Below are positions 17,230 through 25,258 of a stretch of DNA of 32,000 nucleotides, piece by piece. The notes beneath the pieces were generated by a model that saw nothing but the letters and a program-made list of their open reading frames with translations, searched no databases and was not told where the DNA came from. The stretch is from Candidatus Fokinia solitaria (GTDB lineage Bacteria > Pseudomonadota > Alphaproteobacteria > Rickettsiales > Midichloriaceae). Within the stretch, counting starts at the first letter, position 1. Every line of letters begins with the position of its first letter. Made by a program: the position numbers and the translations under genes. The DNA is taken from NCBI RefSeq assembly GCF_003072485.1, contig NZ_CP025989.1, positions 30,001 through 62,000 of the forward strand, read 5' to 3'.

Positions 17230-17724
17230 CTAATAAGAAGAGTGATTGAGGAAGATTTGAGAAGCTCTTTGGAGGAGGGATTTAGGCATACCTGCGAGTT
17301 TTGCGATATGTAATGCATATGAGTGAGTAGCTATACCTTGTGATATTTTATGCATGAAAGTGATTTTACCATTATGTTCAGTGACATTCATTTTATAAGA
17401 TTTAGCTTTATGGAGAGTATCTTCTAAATTTCCTAATTCATGGTAATGAGTGGCGAATATAGTTTTTGCTTTTATTTGTTCATGGACATACTCTGTGACG
17501 GCTATTGCGATAGCCATACCTTCTTTAGCTGAAGTACCGCGACCTACTTCATCGAGTAATATGAGAGAATTCTGAGAGGCGCTTTGCAATATGCGTGCAG
17601 TTTCCAGCATTTCCACCATAAATGTGGATTCTCCATTTGTAATATTATCGCTTGCTCCTATTCTTGTCATAATACTTTCTACTAATCCTATACTCCCTCT
17701 CTTCGCCGGTATAAAACTCCCTAT
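17230..17724 (-). pseudogene. mutS: mutS remnant: C-terminal ~165 codons of DNA mismatch repair protein MutS; N-terminal ~3/4 missing
   Basis: The track ORF (146 aa) plus 18 upstream in-frame codons reads IGSFIPAKRGSIGLVESIMTRIGASDNITNGESTFMVEMLETARIL...LILLDEVGRGTS...FATHYHEL...FMHKISQGIATHSYALHIAKLAGMP. This is collinear with E. coli MutS residues about 640-800. An in-frame TAA (17725-17727) sits where the Q/Y of the conserved MAQIGS lies. No GPNMxGKS P-loop occurs in any minus-strand frame between 17725 and ychF. Confidence 0.8.
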
Positions 17725-17921
17725 TTATAAATCGCGATAAAGATGCGATGCTGTTAGTAAGTAAGATATAACGGATGAAATTGAAGATACATCAGCTTGT
17801 TACTATAGTTCTATCATCTTAAATATTTCTTATCCCGTCTTTTCACTGAGAGATCTGCTGAAAAAAAATAATACATGACTTCTGTTATTGTGGCGCTCAA
17901 CTTCATTGCTTTAGTTGAAAA

Positions 17922-19016
17922 TCAGACGTTGAATTTAAAATGCATTACGTCACCGTCGTGTACAACATATTCTTTACCTTCGACTCTGATTTTCCCCTGT
18001 TCTCTTGCTTTTTGCTCGCCGCCATATTTGCAATAATCCTCATATGAACATACATTAGCTTTAATGAAACCTCTTTCAAAATCCGAATGGATCTCACCTG
18101 CAGCTTTTGGCGCTGTAGTCCCTGTCTTTATCTTCCATGCGCGGGCTTCCTGTGGGCCAACAGTGAAAAAAGTGATAAAATCTAACTCATCATACAAAGC
18201 TTTTCCTAATCGTCCGACAACGCCTTCTTCGAGACCGTAGTTTTCTAGAAAAAATTGTCTCTCTTCTTTATTCATCAACGCAAGCGTAGCTTCGAGTTTA
18301 GCAGATAATACGACAGCTCTTTTATGTTCTGATATTGCGATTTCCTCTACTATTCTAGAATATTCGTTACCGCCTTTATTCACATCTTCCTCTCCTATGT
18401 TAGCGATGTATATCTGCTTCTTCATACTTAGCAAGCCAAGTTCTTTAAAAAATTTCTCATTCTCTTCATTCACAAGATTCATGACTCCTTTTATATTGTT
18501 AGTAAGAAGATGTTCTTGGCAGAGCTTCAATAAGGTTATCTGCGATTCTCTTTCTGCTTTATTTTTTTTATCTGAATGCAGCAGTCTTTTCTCGATACTC
18601 ATCAAATCTGATAGTATGAGTTCATTCTGTATTACGAGTATATCTCTCTGAGGATCTACACTTCCATCAACGTGATGAGTCTCACTGTCAGTGAAGCATC
18701 TTACAACATGTGCTATTGCATCAACTTCTCTTATATGTCCGAGAAACTGATTACCTAATCCTTCTCCTTTACTTGCTCCCTTTACGAGACCTGCGATATC
18801 TACAAGTTCTACGGTAGAGTAAATAATATTACGAGATCCTTCGATATCCGCGAGTATTTCAAGTCTTTTATCAAAAGCTATTACCATGCCCTTGTTTGGT
18901 TCTATAGTACAGAATGGATAATTTGCAGCTTCTGCTTCTTCTTTTCCAAGTACACTATTGAAAAGAGTAGACTTTCCCACGTTAGGCAATCCTACTATTC
19001 CACATGCTACACCCAT
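17922..19016 (-). CDS. ychF: Ribosome-binding ATPase YchF (Obg-family GTPase-like)
   Basis: 364 aa with G1 motif GIVGLPNVGKSTLFN near the N-terminus. The coiled-coil insert and C-terminal TGS-like domain (FIKANVCSYEDY...GKEYVVHDGDVMHFKFNV) are present. Confidence 0.93.
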   Translation of the reverse strand: MGVACGIVGLPNVGKSTLFNSVLGKEEAEAANYPFCTIEPNKGMVIAFDKRLEILADIEGSRNIIYSTVELVDIAGLVKGASKGEGLGNQFLGHIREVDAIAHVVRCFTDSETHHVDGSVDPQRDILVIQNELILSDLMSIEKRLLHSDKKNKAERESQITLLKLCQEHLLTNNIKGVMNLVNEENEKFFKELGLLSMKKQIYIANIGEEDVNKGGNEYSRIVEEIAISEHKRAVVLSAKLEATLALMNKEERQFFLENYGLEEGVVGRLGKALYDELDFITFFTVGPQEARAWKIKTGTTAPKAAGEIHSDFERGFIKANVCSYEDYCKYGGEQKAREQGKIRVEGKEYVVHDGDVMHFKFNV

Positions 19017-19130
19017 AACTTCTAAAAAACGAAAAATCCGACTACAATGTACAATACATACAAAAAGCAGTATTGCTGTGATAGCCGGTACTAGTTTATG
19101 CTTCTCAAAGAGTAAGCATTACAGTAAACA

Positions 19131-20390
19131 GTGTCAAACGCTTTAGAAAATCAAAGAAGCTTATTTTCTTCTGAATGTCTTGATCTTCTAAAAGTATTAA
19201 ATGCTTATTTCGAGGTGAGAGTAGTTGGAGGTTCAGTACGAGATTATCTGCTTGAAAAACACTTCCATTTAAAATTTCCGCACAGAGTTGACTATGATAT
19301 AGTAGCTAAAGCCGATTTCTTAGAAATTACGAAAGTTCTAGAAATGCATGATATACACTACTTTGATGATTCTCAGAAATATGGCGTACTAAAAGTGCAT
19401 TATAAAGATGTAATGTATGATGTTGCTGCACCACGTAAGGATTTGGAGTGTTTTGGAAGAGCTGCAAGAGTTGTTGCTGGAAAACATATATCGTGGCTAG
19501 AAGATTCTATGAGGCGAGATTTTTCAATAAATGCCATTTACTGCGATGTAGAGAATGTGATGCATGACTATCACTTTGGAATAAGAGATTTGCAAAATCA
19601 GTCAATAGTATTCATAGGAGATGCAGTAGCTAGAATTAAAGAAGATTACCTACGTATATTAAGATTTTTCAGATTTAGCGGTCTATTTCGCAGTCCAAAA
19701 TTTAACAATCTAGAAATAGAGATAATAAGAAATCATAGAAATGCATTACATAATCTATCAAAGGAAAGAATTAGAAAAGAAATAATGGCGCTTCTTAAAA
19801 CGCCATATTATATGCAGTCGCTGAGGATAATGAGAAGTAATGAGATTCTTAATATCATTTCTCCTACTCTTGATAAATTTGTCGATGAAAGCGAGAAGTG
19901 CGCTTTACATGATAGTATTTTAAGTATTGCATGTATTCTAATACGAAACGGTACTTGTAATATTACGACAATTCTTGAATCAATTTCTCAATTATCAAAA
20001 GAGATAATACTTACAAATCATGAGCTTTTAAGATTGAAAACGTTGATGAAGTTATATGAATACACAGGTAGATTAGATGTCGCAGGAAGCGATGAAGACT
20101 ATAGTAAAAGAGCAGTTTTTTTATTTGGTACACAGGCATACGTAGACTTCATAAAGGTGTGTGATGCGCTGATGAATAGAGAATCCTCTATTTCAATGAA
20201 AAAGGTAAAACAATATGCGGAGATTACATTACCGATAAACGGTAATGATATAAAGCTGCTTGTAAAAGATAGTACAGATATAGGGAAATATAAAAGAAAA
20301 GCAGTACAAATTTACGTAGATAGCGGCTTTACTGCGACAAAAGAAGGCATTATTACACAGTTATTGAAAGCGAGAGACGAAAAGTGCTAA
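19131..20390 (+). CDS. cca: tRNA nucleotidyltransferase (CCA-adding) / poly(A) polymerase family protein
   Basis: 419 aa with a GTG start and Pol-beta nucleotidyltransferase head-domain motifs VRVVGGSVRDYLL and RRDFSINA. YLRILRFFRF follows, typical of class II CCA enzymes. Confidence 0.8.
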   Translation: MSNALENQRSLFSSECLDLLKVLNAYFEVRVVGGSVRDYLLEKHFHLKFPHRVDYDIVAKADFLEITKVLEMHDIHYFDDSQKYGVLKVHYKDVMYDVAAPRKDLECFGRAARVVAGKHISWLEDSMRRDFSINAIYCDVENVMHDYHFGIRDLQNQSIVFIGDAVARIKEDYLRILRFFRFSGLFRSPKFNNLEIEIIRNHRNALHNLSKERIRKEIMALLKTPYYMQSLRIMRSNEILNIISPTLDKFVDESEKCALHDSILSIACILIRNGTCNITTILESISQLSKEIILTNHELLRLKTLMKLYEYTGRLDVAGSDEDYSKRAVFLFGTQAYVDFIKVCDALMNRESSISMKKVKQYAEITLPINGNDIKLLVKDSTDIGKYKRKAVQIYVDSGFTATKEGIITQLLKARDEKC

Positions 20391-20396
20391 TTACGA

Positions 20397-21032
20397 TTAA
20401 AACGATACAAAGATTCTGCCATATAATGGCAAAGACAAGGATTCTTGCGTATTTTTGCTGTCGTTTATTATGCTATAATCGTCTCCGATATAAGTGTACG
20501 TTCCAAACTGAACACCTAACTTGTAAAATTGCATACGTAACCCAATATCAAAAGGATAGAGTGTACTGACGTCTTTCTTATCTGCTTCACTAACGGAGTT
20601 ACAGCCAAAGCCCTTTGAGATTGAACCTCCTATAAAAACGCCAAAACTGTACATATCGGTGATTTTTTTCAAACCTGATGCAGTGAATTTTATACCTAAC
20701 CAGTTGGAAGGATTGGACGCCGAGTGATCATACATATAAGTTAATCCTATTGTACCTAGTATGAGTCCTTTATCATGATGAAACGGCCATTGAAGGCTAT
20801 TATATGACATATCAATACCTAATTGCCCTCTTTGTGGCTGTGTACTGCTTGCTGATCTGAGGTCTAGTCCCGCTTCGAAACATCTTACGGATGGTGCGTC
20901 GTGTTGTATTTGTTCTGTACTTTCGATTGCAGATATATCTATTTTGGAATCCGCACTTGAGTACTGCGTATGTATGGCACTAAGTAATAACGCCGCAATG
21001 TTTATTATAAAAAGCATGTCGTGGTACTTCAT
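20397..21032 (-). CDS. Small outer-membrane beta-barrel protein, short relative of OMP paralogs A/B
   Basis: 211 aa with a signal-like N-terminus. FEAGLDL resembles FEVGLQF, LILGTIGLTYMY resembles LLGSIGCTIGY, and DIGLRMQFYKLGVQFG resembles EFGVRLQKQNFGIQIG. The C-terminus LYGRIFVSF ends in Phe. Confidence 0.5.
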   Translation of the reverse strand: MKYHDMLFIINIAALLLSAIHTQYSSADSKIDISAIESTEQIQHDAPSVRCFEAGLDLRSASSTQPQRGQLGIDMSYNSLQWPFHHDKGLILGTIGLTYMYDHSASNPSNWLGIKFTASGLKKITDMYSFGVFIGGSISKGFGCNSVSEADKKDVSTLYPFDIGLRMQFYKLGVQFGTYTYIGDDYSIINDSKNTQESLSLPLYGRIFVSF

Positions 21033-21048
21033 TCACGCAGATTGCATC

Positions 21049-21099
21049 TTTCTTAGGATATCACAGAATAGTACCGCGAGCAAAAATTATCCTAAGAAA
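21049..21099 (-). promoter_or_regulatory. 12-bp perfect inverted repeat with 27-nt loop in the leader/promoter region of the 211-aa OMP gene
   Basis: tttcttaggata (21049-21060) pairs with tatcctaagaaa (21088-21099), 17-67 nt upstream of the start at 21032. The function is unknown. Confidence 0.3.
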
Positions 21100-21192
21100 T
21101 AACAAGGTACAATTAATTTTCTATCTAATATCGTTGTTTATAGCGGTATTTTCGCAACGAAATTATGTGATATAAATGAAAATGCGACATTG

Positions 21193-21228
21193 TCGTGTAG
21201 TGTCAAAGGTACAATTGCTACTACACGA
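21193..21228 (-). terminator. Hairpin just downstream of nrdB (possible weak terminator)
   Basis: 9-bp stem tcgtgtagt / actacacga with an 18-nt loop, starting 11 nt after the nrdB stop. The downstream sequence is only moderately T-rich, so confidence is low. Confidence 0.3.
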
Positions 21229-21238
21229 AATGTTCTTC

Positions 21239-22240
21239 TTAAAATACATCTTCCCATGATTCGCTAGTTGCTGCTCTTCCATATTGCGCAGTAGGCCTTT
21301 GTTCGAAAAAATTTGTAAATTGCGGTGCAACTACGATTTCATCCATCCATGCCAACGGATTGACCGTGACTTCCGGAAATGGTGGCGCTATACGCAATTG
21401 TTTCGTTCTAGTATTTGCAATAAATCTGATGTATTGCCTCATATCATTTGCTGATAAACCATGTACTTCCTTTACTATTCCAAATGCAAGATCTATAAAA
21501 GCGTCCTCATTTTTCACCACATTGATGCATGCTTCGGTAATTTCTGTGTGTAATTTTTTAGTCCATGCTTCCGGATATTCTTCGATAAATTGATGAAATA
21601 GCATTATCATCGCTTCTGTATGAAGTAACTCGTCTCTTATTGACCAGGCTACAATCTGTCCAAGCCCTTTCATTTTTCCGAATCTTTGAAAATTGATCAA
21701 CATTGCAAAGGAAGCAAAAAGCTGTAGACCTTCCGTGAAAGCACCATATACTGCTAAAGTTTTAGCTACTTCATGCGGAGAATCCATGTTGAATTGAAAT
21801 AAAAATTCGTGTTTCGTCAACATTTCTTCGAATTTCAAAAAGGCTTTATATTCAATTTGCGGTAATCCTAGAGATTCAAGCAAATGCGAATAAGCATCCA
21901 TATGGATCGTTTCAGTATTTGCAATACATAATAACATCATTACTACCTCCGTAGGCTTAAAAAATTTCAGATACTTCAAGTAGCATATAGTAGCGACATC
22001 ACTGTCTGCTTGTGTGAAAAATCGTAGTACTTGCGTAATGAGGTGACGCTCTGCTTCATTCAGCACATTCCAGTCAGATATATCATCTCCCATTGTAACT
22101 TCTGCAGCTAGCCAATGCATTTGTTGTTGTTGCAGCCATATTTCATATGCCCATGGATATCTAAAAGGCTTATATCCTACTTCTGCTGTTAGCAGTGTAT
22201 TCGGCTTTGTAAAAGATACATTACGATCGTCTTGATGCAT
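21239..22240 (-). CDS. nrdB: Ribonucleoside-diphosphate reductase beta subunit (class Ia R2)
   Basis: 333 aa, a ferritin-like di-iron protein with ExxH-containing helices (EAERHLITQVLRFF, NTETIHMDAYSHLL, IRDELLHTEAMIML). It has an acidic/aromatic C-terminal tail, SWEDVF. Confidence 0.92.
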   Translation of the reverse strand: MHQDDRNVSFTKPNTLLTAEVGYKPFRYPWAYEIWLQQQQMHWLAAEVTMGDDISDWNVLNEAERHLITQVLRFFTQADSDVATICYLKYLKFFKPTEVVMMLLCIANTETIHMDAYSHLLESLGLPQIEYKAFLKFEEMLTKHEFLFQFNMDSPHEVAKTLAVYGAFTEGLQLFASFAMLINFQRFGKMKGLGQIVAWSIRDELLHTEAMIMLFHQFIEEYPEAWTKKLHTEITEACINVVKNEDAFIDLAFGIVKEVHGLSANDMRQYIRFIANTRTKQLRIAPPFPEVTVNPLAWMDEIVVAPQFTNFFEQRPTAQYGRAATSESWEDVF

Positions 22241-22399
22241 GAGATTCTTTGCTTAAGTGATAGGACGTTAAGGAGTAGCAAATCAAATAAGCTTCCGCTA
22301 GTGCTTTTACAGAATATAAGAAAATACGGAGTATATTGATTTACAAGTTTTGTTCTATATAATGCTGAGCATTGAAATGCATCCATAATTAACTCCTTA

Positions 22400-22723
22400 A
22401 TGAGATTTTATAAGGTCGTCATAGGCTTGAGACATGACATGAGTAGCCATGATATAGAGAATACTATTTTTTCCGTAAGAAATATGATGGAGAAAAAAGA
22501 TTGCAAAGTGATGCAACTCGAAAGATGGGGAATGAGAGATCTGAAATACAAAGTGAAGAATGGCATGTCTGCTTACTTCGTAATATTTGGCATAGAGTGT
22601 GATGGCCCTCGTGTGAAGGAGCTTACTCATTACTTCAGTGTGCATCATGAAAATATTGTACGTTTCATGGTGCTATCGACAAGGTATTCTTTTCCAGTAG
22701 TCGAGGAATCTGTTGCTGCTTAA
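22400..22723 (+). CDS. rpsF: 30S ribosomal protein S6
   Basis: 107 aa, MRFYKVVIGLRHD...LERWGMRDLKYKVKN...YFVIFGIE, the classic S6 pattern. It is followed by rpsR and rplI. Confidence 0.9.
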   Translation: MRFYKVVIGLRHDMSSHDIENTIFSVRNMMEKKDCKVMQLERWGMRDLKYKVKNGMSAYFVIFGIECDGPRVKELTHYFSVHHENIVRFMVLSTRYSFPVVEESVAA

Positions 22724-22751
22724 TCAATAACAATTAATTATCACATCTATC

Positions 22752-23102
22752 ATGAATAATACTGAGCGATTTACCAATAATACCACTCAGCGAAAAGCTA
22801 CTTCCGATAATACGGAATCGCAAGCCTCAAAGAAGAACGAGGTAGCTACTCCTGCATCTGTTCTTCCGCTTCTTCAAAGTTCTATCTTATTTAATAAAAC
22901 TGCTGAAGCACAGAAGGCGCAACAAGGTAGAGCGAAACAGGTTAAAGTCTTGAATATAGTGCCATTTGATGTGCAAACTTTTAAAGATTATCTTTCAGGA
23001 TGTGGTCGTATTCTACCGAGAAAGACTACCGGTCTTTCGAGAAAAATGCAGGCTGAGTTAAAGAGATGCGTGAAAGTTGCGCGGCAATTAGGACTACAGT
23101 AA
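22752..23102 (+). CDS. rpsR: 30S ribosomal protein S18 (with long low-complexity N-terminal extension)
   Basis: The C-terminal 60 aa, FKDYLSGCGRILPRKTTGLSRKMQAELKRCVKVARQLGL, is the conserved S18 core. It is preceded by about 50 aa of Thr/Asn/Gln/Ser-rich sequence with no alternative ATG. Confidence 0.85.
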   Translation: MNNTERFTNNTTQRKATSDNTESQASKKNEVATPASVLPLLQSSILFNKTAEAQKAQQGRAKQVKVLNIVPFDVQTFKDYLSGCGRILPRKTTGLSRKMQAELKRCVKVARQLGLQ

Positions 23103-23127
23103 TTGTTTTTACATTTTTGAATTTACG

Positions 23128-23592
23128 ATGAGTACTATTAATGTGATTTTCACTCATGCTATACACGGTAATAAAGTTGGTACCGTGGTAAAAGTGAAAG
23201 GGGGATATGCAAGAAATTTCCTAATTCCTATGAATTATGCAGTTTATGCTACTCCTAAAGCTGTTCAGCAGTTTGAAGAGCAGAGAGTAGCTTTAGAACT
23301 GAAAGCACAGGAGCAGAGAAAAATTGCAATTGAAAGAGTAGAGGTAATGAAAACTGCTTCTGTTACTCTATCATATAAAGCAGGTAATGATGGAAAATTA
23401 TACGGTTCTGTAAGTAAAACTGATATCAGTAAAGCGATCTCCGATACATTAGGATTTGATATTGAGCCCGTGCAAATCATCATGCATCAGAAGCTAAGTA
23501 TGATCGGTACTTACAGTATAGCAATCTCATTATATGAAGATGTTGAAGCTACTTTAACGGTGAATGTGCAATCTGCTGTAGATGAGCAATAA
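23128..23592 (+). CDS. rplI: 50S ribosomal protein L9
   Basis: 154 aa with N-terminal domain VIFTHAIHGNKVGTVVKVKGGYARNFLIP, a long connecting helix and a C-terminal globular domain. It sits in the conserved rpsF-rpsR-rplI context. Confidence 0.9.
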   Translation: MSTINVIFTHAIHGNKVGTVVKVKGGYARNFLIPMNYAVYATPKAVQQFEEQRVALELKAQEQRKIAIERVEVMKTASVTLSYKAGNDGKLYGSVSKTDISKAISDTLGFDIEPVQIIMHQKLSMIGTYSIAISLYEDVEATLTVNVQSAVDEQ

Positions 23593-23758
23593 AACGCGTA
23601 GTACGTTTTCCTTCGTATTTTCGTTTCTTTCTTACTTTCTACGGATAAAAGTCTGAGACCTTGTAGCGCTTCAGAGTACTGTAGCAGATTAGTGCTTTTC
23701 TTCAGTTTGTTGTAGCTTGTTTTATAGATGCGAATGCTTATTCTGTTTTTTTCTTGCA

Positions 23759-25252
23759 CTACTCTATGATGGCTTTATCCTCGTCCAATCTACCGAGATC
23801 ATACGAAGACATCCATGCGTGATGCGTATCTCTATAAAGATATCGAGATGAAAAGATATAGCTTTTTCCATTCAAGCAAACTTCCACTTCATTGATCAAT
23901 GGACTCACAATCGCCTTACCGTAGTATAAGAACGGTACGGTATTCAATACTCTTGCAGATGTTTTCTTTACTTCTGCGACACTTCTCACATTGCACTCTG
24001 ATGGCAACTTGATTTTTGCGCATTTTGATTCAAATCGAGAAATCGTAAAAGGATTCTTTTTCTCTGATGTCATACACGTAATTAAAAATCTATCGTCCCA
24101 TACAACTCTAGAGTTCGCTTCGTATACTTTATCATCAATAAATTGCTTTTCCTTCACTATTATCATCACTCTTTCTTTAGTACTTATGTCTTCTACTACA
24201 TCTATAAGTTCATTTTGAGAAGCTGCGCTTATAATACACTTATTAAGTGTGCATTGCTTCATAGTTGTAATATTGTCACATAATATCAATAGTGAAGATA
24301 GCCTCGGTGGATATTTAAAACGTACGATATTACGTAGCATTTTTCTCATTATTCTGAGCTTCATCTCCAATTCTAATTCTGCGAATAGTCGTAGATTAAA
24401 AAATCCCGCGCCGTATTGTGACACATAACAGTTTTCCATCAGCCAATCATTTGTGTATTTTTCTATAAAGGCCATAGTTCTTTGCATATTGCTGGAGAGA
24501 AGAATAAATCTTTTGTGAAAAAGATCGTACGTACAATTTATTTTTATATTTGTTTTTATATTATTCAGCAATTCTCGTACCGAAGCTCTTAGAAATCTTT
24601 GATCTTTATTCATATCATCCATGATATAAGCCTTGACACCTTTTGCTGCTAAACATTTTTCAATTTCACTTCTTGACCAATCTAACAATGGTCTTACTAA
24701 CAGCAGCTGCTGATTTTTATTTTTGTAGAAGGCTTGTAGTTGTGTAATTTGAGAAATACCACATATACCTTCTGCGCCTGAACCACGTATTATATTCATT
24801 AAAACAGTTTCGATATTATCATCTGCGTGATGTGCAGTCATAACAATACTTGCGCCACATTTATATGCTGCTTGAAAGAGTAGCTGGTATCTTTTATCTC
24901 TCGCTATGGAATAAATATTACTTTGCGGTTTATCTCCTTCCCATTTTTGTACGATCATCTCTTTTCCGGTAATAGAGGATAAAATGCGTGATGCTTGTAT
25001 TTCTTCTGCATCAGCCGTCTTTTTTAAGCCGTGATTGACGAAAACTGGATGTATTTCAATATTTAGTGATTTCGCTACTTCAAGTAATAATAAGATCAAA
25101 CATAAGCTATCAGCACCACCAGAGTATCCTACTACCACTACTTTATTTTGAAGTAAGTGAAATAGAGATACATGATTCTTAGAACTAACATCTATCCTCT
25201 TTAGTGATGAGAGAAATTTTTTTATGAAGGGACACTTATTCTCTGCTTTCAT
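23759..25252 (-). CDS. tilS: tRNA(Ile)-lysidine synthase
   Basis: 497 aa with the N-terminal PP-loop ATPase motif VVVGYSGGADSLCL (SGGxDS). MTAHHADDNIETVLMNIIRGSG follows, typical of TilS. Confidence 0.85.
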   Translation of the reverse strand: MKAENKCPFIKKFLSSLKRIDVSSKNHVSLFHLLQNKVVVVGYSGGADSLCLILLLLEVAKSLNIEIHPVFVNHGLKKTADAEEIQASRILSSITGKEMIVQKWEGDKPQSNIYSIARDKRYQLLFQAAYKCGASIVMTAHHADDNIETVLMNIIRGSGAEGICGISQITQLQAFYKNKNQQLLLVRPLLDWSRSEIEKCLAAKGVKAYIMDDMNKDQRFLRASVRELLNNIKTNIKINCTYDLFHKRFILLSSNMQRTMAFIEKYTNDWLMENCYVSQYGAGFFNLRLFAELELEMKLRIMRKMLRNIVRFKYPPRLSSLLILCDNITTMKQCTLNKCIISAASQNELIDVVEDISTKERVMIIVKEKQFIDDKVYEANSRVVWDDRFLITCMTSEKKNPFTISRFESKCAKIKLPSECNVRSVAEVKKTSARVLNTVPFLYYGKAIVSPLINEVEVCLNGKSYIFSSRYLYRDTHHAWMSSYDLGRLDEDKAIIE

Positions 25253-25258
25253 GGCGAT

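Noticed and set aside
17780-17921. 30-codon minus-strand ORF (MKLSATITEVMYYFFSADLSVKRRDKKYLR) as a possible surviving MutS N-terminus
   Set aside because: The resemblance to the MutS N-terminal TPMMQQY...GDFYE motif is too weak: only a T..M.Y spacing is shared. The GDFYE core is absent.
22241-22399. Possible NrdR box upstream of nrdB
   Set aside because: I looked for the tandem 16-nt palindromes expected of NrdR operators. I found only an imperfect AT-rich stretch (cattatatagaac), which is not convincing in this base composition.
22189-22648. 65-aa and 83-aa minus-strand ORFs in the nrdB-rpsF divergent region and antisense to rpsF
   Set aside because: One overlaps the nrdB 5' end out of frame and the other is antisense to conserved rpsF. 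Neither has any motif.
23591-23609. aaaacg-cgtagta-cgtttt hairpin after rplI as an intrinsic terminator
   Set aside because: It has a 6-bp, mostly A/T stem. The downstream region is T-rich, but the structure is too weak to call with confidence.
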